Virus record (IMG/VR): IMGVR_UViG_3300033074_000233
Location: 128,001 to 192,000 of that record
Direction: 5' to 3' (one strand)
Source of the DNA: a virus
Taxonomy: Duplodnaviria > Caudoviricetes
DNA length: 64,000 nt
In this document: positions 1 to 9,009 of the stretch, in pieces
How the letters are laid out: the number at the start of each line of letters is the position of its first letter
Position numbering within the stretch: the stretch's first letter is position 1
Position numbers and translations under genes: made by a program
The notes under the pieces: model-generated
Database searches by the model: none
Told to the model about the DNA's origin: nothing
The model's input: the letters and a program-made list of their open reading frames with translations, nothing else

Positions 1-188
1 ATGTGTATCCGCAGGCTCCGTACAACGAAGTAACGGAAGAGGAATACATGAAGTGGATTGAGGCACACCCGACTCCTTCTGTTGACTGGCTCGATCTGGC
101 CAAGTATGAGCAAGAGGACAACACGGTGAGTATGCAAACGCTGGCCTGTGTCGGCAACAACTGTGACTGGCAGCCACCAACTGCCTAA
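1..188 (+). CDS. nrdJ: Ribonucleotide reductase, class II (adenosylcobalamin-dependent, monomeric RTPR type), C-terminal fragment
   Basis: YPQAPYNEVTEEEY...DW..L..YE.ED.T...LACVGNNC resembles phage NrdJ C-termini with the terminal cysteine pair; 5' truncated by the window edge. Confidence 0.75.
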   Translation, partial: VYPQAPYNEVTEEEYMKWIEAHPTPSVDWLDLAKYEQEDNTVSMQTLACVGNNCDWQPPTA

Positions 189-202
189 CCGGAGATAGGA
201 AC

Positions 203-535
203 ATGGCCGAATCTCGTGATACAGTAAAACTTCTGGACGCTAAGTCTATTCTCAAATTGGAGACCGAGAATTACAAAGGCTTTCAGAATAAGGCTTGCGA
301 GTTTTGGCCATGTCACCCAGAAGAGGAAATGCAGGGGATGGGGTGTTTGTCCTGCTACTGTCCCCTGTACTTTCTTGCCTGTCCTGGCAACTACACGCGC
401 CTAGCAGATGGTCGTAAGGATTGCTCGCAGTGTACCATTGTCCACTCTAAGGGTGGATGGGAAATCGTCCAGCAGTATATGTTCGCCAAGGAGGCTCCAC
501 AGCCGGACAAGTTCATCCAGGTGAAGAACATATGA
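203..535 (+). CDS. Cysteine-rich small domain (zinc-finger-like) protein
   Basis: CEFWPCH..CLSCYCPLY..C.G.Y...KDCSQCTIVH pattern; AGGA RBS. Confidence 0.7.
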   Translation: MAESRDTVKLLDAKSILKLETENYKGFQNKACEFWPCHPEEEMQGMGCLSCYCPLYFLACPGNYTRLADGRKDCSQCTIVHSKGGWEIVQQYMFAKEAPQPDKFIQVKNI

Positions 536-813
536 GCCAGCCTCAGTTTGACACCTACCTGCTGCACCTGCCTCCTATCAACCTGAATAACATTAGCCTT
601 CTGTATAGGTATAATGGCGAGTTTCACGCAAATCAGAAGGAAAAGGACGTAGGGTTCACTATGTCAAGCAAAGCACCTAAAACCCGTGAAATCTCTCGTG
701 TTTTGGACGGCCTTTTACGCAACCGATAGACTGATACTGGCCTCGCGTCTTTCTAGGCACGAGGCCATTTTTATGCTCAAAATCCACCACTGTACGTCTG
801 TACAGTACCCTAT

Positions 814-962
814 TCTGCAAACTTTTGATATGAGGGCTGCCACACGTGGTTCTGTAAAATAGCAGTAAATACACGCCTCAGAGGGCTTGTTCTGAGGCCG
901 TCTATCGTGCTATACTGTCGATGCTAGACCTCTATAGCAGACGACTATCAAAAGTTTGCAGA
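814..962 (+). promoter_or_regulatory. Inverted-repeat-bracketed sigma70-type promoter module, copy 1
   Basis: 17-bp perfect IR (814-830 / 946-962); TTGTTC 887-892, 18-nt spacer, extended -10 TGC-TATACT 908-916. Confidence 0.75.
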
Positions 963-1000
963 GCCTGAATCTAGCAAGACCACACACTACGGAGAACGAC

Positions 1001-1330
1001 ATGGCCAAGGCCAAAGCGAAAGAAAAGAAAGCACCGAAGTCTGCGGGTACTGCGGCCTTCATCGAGGACTACAAAGGCAAGCCAACCTTCGGTATATGGA
1101 ACGTCGATGCTGACGGCGACAAGGTAGGTGACTACCCGTTGATAGCCTTCGGCATGAAGAAGGCCGAGGCCCTCATGGAACACATTGACGATCTTGAGGA
1201 GTACATCGAAAAAGGCGGTGAGGCCGCCCTGGAAGAAAATCCGAAGCGCAAGGTCAAGAAAGAAGAACCCAAGAAGAAAAAGAAGCCCAAGGTCGTTCGC
1301 CGTTCGGACTCGGACAGCGACGAAGACTGA
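1001..1330 (+). CDS. Small charged hypothetical protein (possible PC4-like ssDNA-binding core)
   Basis: GGAG RBS; Lys-rich ends; core YKGKPTF..YPLIAFGMKKAEAL; fold call is tentative. Confidence 0.6.
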   Translation: MAKAKAKEKKAPKSAGTAAFIEDYKGKPTFGIWNVDADGDKVGDYPLIAFGMKKAEALMEHIDDLEEYIEKGGEAALEENPKRKVKKEEPKKKKKPKVVRRSDSDSDED

Positions 1331-1393
1331 TTCACCTGTTCCACGCGTTTCACCTGATCCACAAATTTCAATCCCACGTTAGAGGTAATCACC

Positions 1394-2074
1394 ATGAGTT
1401 CTGCTCCAGCAAAGAAAGTTGCAATCTTGAACACCGGCCTGACCCTGAGCCAGGATGAAGTGGCCAAACTCAAGCCCAAGGTTCTGCGTGAACACCTCAA
1501 GAAGTCGTTGAACGTCCTGAGCGAGGACTGGCATCTTCACCTGATCGTGGAAGTGCTGGCTGATGTTCACGGCTGCGATCTCCGTGCTCTTACTCAGGGC
1601 GTTCGCGTCACCAAGGGTGCTGGCGATACGACCGAGTACTCTTTCCGCAAGGGCTCAGGCACGGACAAGGCAACCAAGCGCGTCGCCAAGTTCTTCTTCC
1701 ACAACGAGGCACTGCTTCGCAATTACGTGACGGCTATCGACCTGGCCATCGGCTCTGCCGGCAAGAAGCCGCTTGTTCTCTCTGCGGCTTATGGCTACGA
1801 CGGAGAGGAAAACAACGGCGAGGTAATACAGGACCGGTACCTGCGCTTTATGAAAAAGAATGATCAGGTGTACGTCACGGAGTTCGACCACGAGTATGTG
1901 GTGCTCGCTGACGCTTTTGGTCATCAAGGTCCCATGATCGACAGCCTGGCCATTCGCCTGCTCAAGCGCGTCGCCGCGCGCTACAACCAGACCGTGTACA
2001 CATCGGACACGACCACTGTAGTGGATGGCAAGGGCAACGAGGTGTTCCTCGTTTCCTTCGCGATCATGGAGTAA
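1394..2074 (+). CDS. Hypothetical protein
   Basis: 226 aa ORF, GAGGT RBS, strong codon bias. Confidence 0.75.
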   Translation: MSSAPAKKVAILNTGLTLSQDEVAKLKPKVLREHLKKSLNVLSEDWHLHLIVEVLADVHGCDLRALTQGVRVTKGAGDTTEYSFRKGSGTDKATKRVAKFFFHNEALLRNYVTAIDLAIGSAGKKPLVLSAAYGYDGEENNGEVIQDRYLRFMKKNDQVYVTEFDHEYVVLADAFGHQGPMIDSLAIRLLKRVAARYNQTVYTSDTTTVVDGKGNEVFLVSFAIME

Positions 2075-2119
2075 GGCGCAAATCACAAGTTTGCGCTGAA
2101 CAGAATACGGAAGCGTTAC

Positions 2120-2133
2120 GGGCACGGATGCCC
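2120..2133 (+). promoter_or_regulatory. Putative CsrA-binding hairpin
   Basis: GGGC-ACGGAT-GCCC, an ANGGAN hexaloop closed by C-G, in the leader of the 2196 gene. Confidence 0.45.
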
Positions 2134-2195
2134 AGTGTGTTGCAACCACAAGCAAGTAAATGTTTTACCAATCAAAAACCTCTGAGGTAAGTCAA

Positions 2196-3056
2196 ATGAA
2201 AGTGATTAAAGTTTCCGGCGTCAGCAAGGCAGCAAAAGAACTGGTAACGACCATCGGTGACGATATGTTGGCTCGCGCCTTCCGTAGCGGTCCCAAGGTC
2301 GGTCGCGTTGCTGAGAAACGCTTCGACGCCACGGTCAAGGAACTCAAGAACGGCGACATTGTTTGCGTCAATGCCAAGGGCGCAACCATCGGCTACTTCT
2401 GGGACGAGCACAACTACGGTGTGATCTTCAAGAAGGCAACCGACTTCACCAAGTTCGTGAAACTGGCCGAGGAAGAAGACGAGGAAGAAGCACCGAAGGC
2501 CAAGAAAGCGCCGGCCAAGAAGCTCGCTGCGAAAGCCAAGAAGCCCGTGAAGAAAGGCAAGAAAGCAGCCGCGTCGGATGACGACGATGACGAGGAAGAA
2601 GCCGCACCGAAAGCCAAGAAGGGTGCCAAGAAGCCGAAGCCGGCTCCGAAGAAAGGCAAGAAGGCCGCTGACTCGGACGAGGACGACGACAACGCCTGGG
2701 CGGGTGAAGACGAGGAAGACGACGAAGAAGAAACTACTTCCAAGGGCAAGAAGGCGAAGGCCGGCAAGCCTGCGAAGAAAGGCAAGAAGGCAGCCGAGTC
2801 CTCTGACGACGGCGACGATGACGGCGAGGAGCCGGATATCGAACTCGACGTTGACGACGACAACTCCCCGCAGGACAACATGCGGGCTGTCCTCAAGGCG
2901 CTCAAGAAAGAACTCAAGCGCCTGAAGGTCAAGTCGGGTAACGTCAACGACCTGCTCGAACTCCTCGACGGCTACATCGACGACACCGAAGGTGATGGCG
3001 ACGACGAAGAGGAAGAGGAAACCGATTCCGATGAGGAAGAGGAAGACGACGAGTAA
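2196..3056 (+). CDS. Low-complexity protein with alternating Lys/Ala-rich and Asp/Glu-rich blocks
   Basis: GAGGT RBS; repeated KKGKKAA followed by acidic runs; followed by a terminator. Confidence 0.8.
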   Translation: MKVIKVSGVSKAAKELVTTIGDDMLARAFRSGPKVGRVAEKRFDATVKELKNGDIVCVNAKGATIGYFWDEHNYGVIFKKATDFTKFVKLAEEEDEEEAPKAKKAPAKKLAAKAKKPVKKGKKAAASDDDDDEEEAAPKAKKGAKKPKPAPKKGKKAADSDEDDDNAWAGEDEEDDEEETTSKGKKAKAGKPAKKGKKAAESSDDGDDDGEEPDIELDVDDDNSPQDNMRAVLKALKKELKRLKVKSGNVNDLLELLDGYIDDTEGDGDDEEEEETDSDEEEEDDE

Positions 3057-3077
3057 TCCCAGGTAAGTAACTGAGCG

Positions 3078-3106
3078 AAGCGGGGCCTTCTGGGCTCCGC
3101 TTTTTC
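3078..3106 (+). terminator. Rho-independent terminator
   Basis: AAGCGGGGCC-TTCT-GGGCTCCGC stem followed by TTTTT. Confidence 0.75.
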
Positions 3107-3147
3107 TCGTTTGTTCAACGTGCAAACTTTTGAGATTTGGAGACACC

Positions 3148-3927
3148 ATGACTGAGACAATCGAAAACGAGGTGCATGACGCTGTGGTGAAAGCCGTGGA
3201 CGAAATGCTGCTTTCCAACTACAAGGTTCGCCTGAACCTTATTCTGCGCCTGCAGACCGAGGAACTGGAAGAGCCTACGCTGTATCAGGCACCCTCGGGT
3301 GACGTGTTCTCGTTGGCCTTCCCGTTCACAGGCGTACAGGTTCGTCTGAACCCGAACGACAAGGAGCCGACGAAAGCGAAAGGCTTCCTGTCCTCGCACC
3401 TGATCAAGGTGATGCAGGCGATTGAGAACATGCGGAACACGCCGGTTCTTCGTCTGGGTAAGGCTGAGGACGCTGAGGCCTTCTACAATGGCCTGGGTAC
3501 GCACTTCCACCGTCTTGCGTTGGAAACGATGACGGATGAAGTTCCGCAAATGCAGTCCGTTGCGGAGCTTTCCAAGCCTGAGGAAGAGGAAGACCTTACG
3601 CAGAACTATACCATCGACATTTACTACTGCTTCACGGTAAGTGGCGAGGCTGGTTTTGCGAACCTCGAAAAATGGACCAGCAAGGTTCTGGAGAAGTCGG
3701 ACAAGTTCGTTGTACCGTTCCGCTTCACAGTTGCCGTTCCGTTTGATGATCTCCAGCAAGTGATGGGTGATGCGGCAAGCGGACTTGCTCGCATGGGCTT
3801 TGAGTATTCGCACACCTCTGGCGTCAACCCACCTACTCCGCTGTTTCGTTCCAACGCAATGGTTCTGCTCGGCAAGATGGGCGACGGTCCTGTACCTCAC
3901 GCCTTGTTCACCAAGTCGCTCGGTTAA
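3148..3927 (+). CDS. Hypothetical protein
   Basis: GGAG RBS, 259 aa. Confidence 0.75.
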   Translation: MTETIENEVHDAVVKAVDEMLLSNYKVRLNLILRLQTEELEEPTLYQAPSGDVFSLAFPFTGVQVRLNPNDKEPTKAKGFLSSHLIKVMQAIENMRNTPVLRLGKAEDAEAFYNGLGTHFHRLALETMTDEVPQMQSVAELSKPEEEEDLTQNYTIDIYYCFTVSGEAGFANLEKWTSKVLEKSDKFVVPFRFTVAVPFDDLQQVMGDAASGLARMGFEYSHTSGVNPPTPLFRSNAMVLLGKMGDGPVPHALFTKSLG

Positions 3928-3977
3928 TACAAACCCAGGCTGGGACAGGGAAGTCCCATTACGTTAGGAGAAACAAC

Positions 3978-4214
3978 ATGGCTTCATTCGTAACCAGACT
4001 CGAAGGTCACAAAACACTGTCGTCCCAGTCGGTTCGAGTCCTTTACCGCGGCTACGGTAAAGAGGTAGAGATAACGGGAGTGTTCTTTCTTGACCATAAT
4101 CAAACTCACTTTGACCAAGATCTGAAAACAGAACATCCTGAATGCTGGGACCACTTGTGGCAGCAGGCCATGCAGGACAGCATCGAGAATGCAGGTGAAA
4201 CGGTACAGACATGA
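3978..4214 (+). CDS. Hypothetical protein
   Basis: AGGAG RBS; ATGA overlap with next gene. Confidence 0.65.
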   Translation: MASFVTRLEGHKTLSSQSVRVLYRGYGKEVEITGVFFLDHNQTHFDQDLKTEHPECWDHLWQQAMQDSIENAGETVQT

Positions 4215-4624
4215 CAATCGAAACAATCAAAAATTGCCTCGATGAGGTTCTGCCTGAATGGCGGAAGTTTTCCACAATCGAACTTCACGCTATGCAAATA
4301 GCAATCCGCGCTTTGGCCGCGCGCGCAGGTACGTACAAGCCTGGCTTCAAGAATCGAAAGTTTGTACCCGGTACTCGCGTTTGCGTAAAGCAGACGGCCG
4401 TAGTATATGCTGGACGAAAAGGGATTGTTCAGTCCATAGAGGTTGATGCCTCGAACCAGTCCAAAGTTTGGGTTCTGCTTGACGGTACCAGTCATGCTTT
4501 GTTTTTCATGCCTCGTGAACTCAAATTCGACGAGGAAGTGTCACCTGATCACCAGTGCATTACTCTGGAGAACGGTGACTGCATCAATCCGTACTGCGAT
4601 TTACACGCACCATCCTCAACCTAG
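4211..4624 (+). CDS. Hypothetical protein (possible SH3/KOW-like segment)
   Basis: F.PGTRV.V...YAGRKGIV; translationally coupled to the previous gene. Confidence 0.6.
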   Translation: MTIETIKNCLDEVLPEWRKFSTIELHAMQIAIRALAARAGTYKPGFKNRKFVPGTRVCVKQTAVVYAGRKGIVQSIEVDASNQSKVWVLLDGTSHALFFMPRELKFDEEVSPDHQCITLENGDCINPYCDLHAPSST

Positions 4625-4649
4625 AAACGCGGGGTACTGTAAAGTGAGT

Positions 4650-4931
4650 GTGAAAATCAAAACCGATATACGCAACATACCCAACATCTGGTACATGGAA
4701 TGTCCTGATGAATCCGAACTCCTGTTGTCCGCAGCATACGACCTCAGTGAAAAAAGGCTGTTCCTGCTTTACGCTCCGAAGGCCGAGAAAGAAGAACAGT
4801 GGTTCCTGTACGAGGAAGTTCCGTCCAAGTGGTGGCGCGATTTTACGCTGGCCTCTGATAAAGACGCCTTCGTGAAAGAGACAAGAAAAAAGGATTTGGT
4901 GAACAAACATCGCGTCCACTTGCTAATTTAA
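4650..4931 (+). CDS. KTSC-like domain protein (start uncertain)
   Basis: LSAAYD..EKRL.L.Y...LYEEVP..WW.DF..ASDK.AF resembles KTSC. Confidence 0.55.
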   Translation: MKIKTDIRNIPNIWYMECPDESELLLSAAYDLSEKRLFLLYAPKAEKEEQWFLYEEVPSKWWRDFTLASDKDAFVKETRKKDLVNKHRVHLLI

Positions 4932-4951
4932 TAACAGGAGGTAATTCGCCC

Positions 4952-5200
4952 GTGTACAAACATAATAAAGAAGTGCTCTTTATTGAGCGTGAAGAAATGG
5001 TGAAGCATTCCTTCTTCGATCCGTTCTTTCGGGATAATCCCATGAGTCTTCCCGAAGACGTGGTGCGTATCGAAAAGGTCAAGCCGCAAACCATACCAAC
5101 GAAGTACATGATCCAACTCGGTGGCGTAGCGGCTTCCATGAGCAAGGTCATTTATCTGGTTGAGTTCAAGTGTAAGAAAGCCAGAGACTCACGTTTCTAA
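4952..5200 (+). CDS. Hypothetical protein
   Basis: AGGAGG RBS, GTG start. Confidence 0.6.
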   Translation: MYKHNKEVLFIEREEMVKHSFFDPFFRDNPMSLPEDVVRIEKVKPQTIPTKYMIQLGGVAASMSKVIYLVEFKCKKARDSRF

Positions 5201-5221
5201 CTCCAACGTAAGGTGATTACC

Positions 5222-7171
5222 ATGGCCATTGTATTTCGCAAGGCTGAAAAGAGACCAAGCATGACCGAGCGCTTGGCTCTTGTTGACATGATTAAGCAAC
5301 TCCTCAAGGCTGACAAGGCCTATTACAACGGCGACAAGCCAATCATGTCGGACGCGGCCTATGATGCACTACGCGAGCGTGCCTACAAAGCACACAAAGA
5401 CACCAACAACCGCAAGGAAATGCACAAGGGCAAGATTGACGCCAACGCCTACTTCAAACGGGTTGGTGCTCCTGTTCGTGCTTCCAAGCGTAGTGCGAAA
5501 CTGCCTGTGCAACTCGGTTCGCTCAAGAAGGTCAAGTCGGATGACGCCAAGGCCTTGAACCGTTTCTTTGCGAATGCAAGCGCGGCTGCGATTGATCATG
5601 GACGTTACTGTGCCTCTTTGGGCAAAGATTATGCTGGCGTTGCCTCAATCTGGCTACGTGGAGGTGTTACGGTTCTCACGTCGCCGAAACTTGACGGCCT
5701 GACCTTGCTGTTGCATTACCACAAAGGCACGTTGACCAACGCTTTCACTCGTGGCGACGGCGAGAACGCCCAGTCGAAGATGGAACACGCATTGGCCCTA
5801 GTGGCCCTTGGTCGTATTCCGATGACGCTGCCCAAGTCTGCGTTTCACAAGTTTGCTAAGGCTGACTTGTATACGAAAGGTGAGGTCGTCTGTCGTTTGA
5901 AGGCCTTCAAGGCAAAGTGGCAGGGCAAAGGCTATACCAATGCGCGTAACGCGGCAGCGGGCTGGTTGAACAGCGACAAAGCCAAGCATCCGATTCACAA
6001 CGCAATCGACTTCATTGCCTACGACGTATTCACCACTACAGGTGAACTGGGTATTGAAGATGAGCCGCCCTCCACCAACGCAGGTCCTGCAGCGGACAAG
6101 CATCACACGCTGACCTGCCTTAAGAAGGCTGGCTTCAAGACTTACCTGAGCAGCGGTTTCTTTTCTGTCGACCACTTTCCTAGTGGTGCGCCTAGTGCTA
6201 ATTGGAAGGCTATTTTGGAGGAGAAACTTCTTCACCTTAACGACTCACCTTACCAACTTGACGGTCTGGTCATTGAGGTAAACAACAATTACATTCGGGG
6301 CAAGATGGGATCGAAAGACGGTCGCCCGAAGTTTGCTATCGCCTACAAGACCAGTGCAGACGATCTGGAGAACAACGAAGGCGCTGACTCCGAGATCACC
6401 AAGATCGAATACAACACCAGCAAGGTTGGTGCGCTCAAGCCGATGATTCATTACAAGCCTGTGCGTGTGATGGACTCCACTCTGGCTAAGGCGACAGGCA
6501 ACAACGTGTCGTACTTGATCCGTGAAGGTCTGGGCGTAGGCGCAAAAGTTCGTGTAGTGAAAGCCGGTGGCATCATTCCCAAGGTCCACTTGATCGGCCC
6601 GAAGATGAAAGCCGACAAGATCGTTCCTACGCACTGTGAGTGTGGTGCACCTGCTGTGCCTGTAAAGAAAGGCAGCAAGATGATGCCCGACTACTACTGC
6701 TCGAAACCGAGTAAATGTAAAGTGATTCAGCGCGAACTGTTAGGCGCGTCGATCAAGCAACTGGGTATCGTCGGCCTCGCGGGAAAGACCATCGACAAGT
6801 TGTTTGACGCCGGCTTCACCAGTCTCACAAGTTTGCTGTCGGCTGACGCCAAGAAGATTGCGAAGATTCCAGGCTTCGGTCAAGCAATGGTTACCGCAAT
6901 CAAGGTTGCGCTGCCTGCTGCCTTAAAGAAGTGCTCTACTTACGAGGTAATGGATATGTCTGGCGTGTTCATGCAGCCTGGCCTGTCCCTGGGGACTTCG
7001 TCCTTGGTGAAGTTGGAGAAGGTCATTGGAAAGAACATGACCATTACTCCAAAGGATAAGAAACGAATAGTTAAAGCAATTGGTCCTGCTAAGGGCCAGT
7101 TGTTCATTGACAAGTACCCAGAGTGGTGTGAGTACAAGTCCAAACTGATTAGCAAAATACCTTTAAGGTAG
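5222..7171 (+). CDS. ligA: NAD-dependent DNA ligase
   Basis: AYY..KPIMSDAAYD, KLDG, TRGDG, NARNAAAG, DGLVI, FAIAYK, OB fold, C4 zinc finger, HhH; no BRCT seen. Confidence 0.95.
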   Translation: MAIVFRKAEKRPSMTERLALVDMIKQLLKADKAYYNGDKPIMSDAAYDALRERAYKAHKDTNNRKEMHKGKIDANAYFKRVGAPVRASKRSAKLPVQLGSLKKVKSDDAKALNRFFANASAAAIDHGRYCASLGKDYAGVASIWLRGGVTVLTSPKLDGLTLLLHYHKGTLTNAFTRGDGENAQSKMEHALALVALGRIPMTLPKSAFHKFAKADLYTKGEVVCRLKAFKAKWQGKGYTNARNAAAGWLNSDKAKHPIHNAIDFIAYDVFTTTGELGIEDEPPSTNAGPAADKHHTLTCLKKAGFKTYLSSGFFSVDHFPSGAPSANWKAILEEKLLHLNDSPYQLDGLVIEVNNNYIRGKMGSKDGRPKFAIAYKTSADDLENNEGADSEITKIEYNTSKVGALKPMIHYKPVRVMDSTLAKATGNNVSYLIREGLGVGAKVRVVKAGGIIPKVHLIGPKMKADKIVPTHCECGAPAVPVKKGSKMMPDYYCSKPSKCKVIQRELLGASIKQLGIVGLAGKTIDKLFDAGFTSLTSLLSADAKKIAKIPGFGQAMVTAIKVALPAALKKCSTYEVMDMSGVFMQPGLSLGTSSLVKLEKVIGKNMTITPKDKKRIVKAIGPAKGQLFIDKYPEWCEYKSKLISKIPLR

Positions 7172-7200
7172 TGTAAAGTACCGCGAACAGGACCAACCAC

Positions 7201-7788
7201 ATGCAGTACCTGAGGCGGAGTGTAGCATTCTTCTTTGCGCTACAACAACTAAAACTGGACTTAGCCTCGATCTCGGTCGAACAGTACCAGGAGATTTTCA
7301 GTAGCCTGTTGTCCAATGATCCAGGTCTACAGGTCTTACTTACCAAGACGGTAAAGGCCAAGAACATGCTGATGCCATTCTTACGCTATAGAGAGACCAG
7401 CGTAAGGATGGTATCGGACACGGACAACGTCCTGCTAAAGCATCCTCTATACAAGTGGACGCTGACGCAAAGCATGTTGGTCTACATTCAGGACATAATG
7501 AAGATCACCGATGGCTATGCACGCCAAGAGTGGACTCAGGAAATGCGTGAGGATGAAATCCATTTCATGTTCTCACTCCTATCACTCGTTAATTTCTACA
7601 GGGAGAGTCTAGCCAATAAAAAATGTTTCGATCACTTTAGTTCCAACTCGATAGAGGACGAAGCGTTCCTTATATTGAGGGAATACGGAGACGACTTCGG
7701 TATGGACTCCGTGTATTACTTCTACCAACTTGCGTTCTCACCTTTGCCTGAGAAAACCAATAAAAAAGTAAAGAGGCCAAAAAAATGA
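7201..7788 (+). CDS. Hypothetical protein
   Basis: 195 aa ORF after a GTGTAAAGTA motif, AGGA RBS. Confidence 0.65.
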   Translation: MQYLRRSVAFFFALQQLKLDLASISVEQYQEIFSSLLSNDPGLQVLLTKTVKAKNMLMPFLRYRETSVRMVSDTDNVLLKHPLYKWTLTQSMLVYIQDIMKITDGYARQEWTQEMREDEIHFMFSLLSLVNFYRESLANKKCFDHFSSNSIEDEAFLILREYGDDFGMDSVYYFYQLAFSPLPEKTNKKVKRPKK

Positions 7789-8084
7789 TGATCTTCCTCG
7801 CAATAGTTGCAGTTGTTTTCGCAGTTACCTCGGCCGTTCTCGCTTACCGTCTAGGCAAGTCGGAATCGAGGCTCAAGACAAAGACTGAGTATGCTGGAGA
7901 ACTTGAGGAGAAAGTTGCAGACCGCGACGAAAAACTCAAGGAATCTCAGTTCCGCGAGTCTATTCTCGTGGCGAAGTTGGAACAGATAGACAAGGTACTC
8001 ACGGCTACTGGTGCCTCGTTTATCCGTAAGCAAGTTGAACCCTTCCTTTTGCGCGTTGTTGGAGAGAAAAATGGCTCGCGGTAA
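7785..8084 (+). CDS. Membrane-anchored coiled-coil protein
   Basis: Hydrophobic N-terminal helix, charged C-terminus. Confidence 0.65.
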   Translation: MMIFLAIVAVVFAVTSAVLAYRLGKSESRLKTKTEYAGELEEKVADRDEKLKESQFRESILVAKLEQIDKVLTATGASFIRKQVEPFLLRVVGEKNGSR

Positions 8085-8700
8085 GTTCATCGTAATTGAA
8101 GGATGTGATGGCAGTGGCAAGTCAACCCTAGCAAGGGCTCTTGTGGAAGAACTGAATAACCAACAGCGTGGTACGATGTTACTGCGTGAACCTGGTGGCT
8201 GTCACCGTAGCGAGTCTATTCGTAACCTCGCATTATCGAACGACATGATGGGCGCAAACGCCAATGCCCGTATGCTCCTGATGTTTGCTGCGCGCATTCA
8301 ACTGTGCAAGGAAACCATCGAGCCTGCCCTGGAACAAGGCCTCAACGTGGTATGCGACCGTTACTACATCAGCACTGGTGTGTATCAGGTAATCGGTGAA
8401 GGTGCCAGTAGCGATCTGTTTGAGTCTCTGATTCAGCACGTTACAGTACCCGACCAGATTTACCTGCTCAAGGCTACGTTCGAGACCTCGTACACGCGAA
8501 CTCTTGATCGTGACCAGAAGGACCGCAACGGCTATGACGACATTTCGCTTGGCCGTAAAAAGAAACTTTGGTCTGCATACGATGACATGGATAAGTTCGA
8601 CCTGGAATACAACTCCATGGGCGGAACCACTGGCATCCTGCTGGATTCTGAAACGAAAGGCTCATCCGCACTCGTAGCGGAAATACTTACTACCCTCTGA
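8071..8700 (+). CDS. tmk: Thymidylate kinase
   Basis: FIVIEGCDGSGKST, REPGG, LMFAAR, VVCDRY. Confidence 0.95.
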   Translation: MARGKFIVIEGCDGSGKSTLARALVEELNNQQRGTMLLREPGGCHRSESIRNLALSNDMMGANANARMLLMFAARIQLCKETIEPALEQGLNVVCDRYYISTGVYQVIGEGASSDLFESLIQHVTVPDQIYLLKATFETSYTRTLDRDQKDRNGYDDISLGRKKKLWSAYDDMDKFDLEYNSMGGTTGILLDSETKGSSALVAEILTTL

Positions 8701-8721
8701 GGTAATTAAAGGACTTGAACG

Positions 8722-9006
8722 ATGACAACAAACACAATGACCCGCAATTACGATCCAATCGAAAGACCGAAAGACCCCGTTGACCTTAGCAAGGAACACG
8801 TTGAGCGTGAAGTCCACGATCAGATACAACGTATTCAGGCTCAGGCCAAGAAGGTAGATGCAACCGCAAAAGGTGAGTGCCTTAACTGCGGAAAGGTATT
8901 CAAGGAGGAAGACAGACGCCGTTGGTGCAACAATGTCTGTCGTGATGAATGGCAAGAAGTCATGGACCACAGTAAGAAAAACGCAGGAAAGACGAGGCGT
9001 AGGTAA
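8722..9006 (+). CDS. TraR/DksA-like C4 zinc finger protein
   Basis: DPVDLS (DxxDxA-like), long helix, CLNC...WCNNVC. Confidence 0.6.
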   Translation: MTTNTMTRNYDPIERPKDPVDLSKEHVEREVHDQIQRIQAQAKKVDATAKGECLNCGKVFKEEDRRRWCNNVCRDEWQEVMDHSKKNAGKTRRR

Positions 9007-9009
9007 CGC

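Noticed and set aside
2172-3218. Long minus-strand ORFs (also 44462-45283, 53751-54656, 54666-55442, 56805-57629, 43254-44174)
   Set aside because: Shadows of codon-biased + strand genes; no recognisable motifs.
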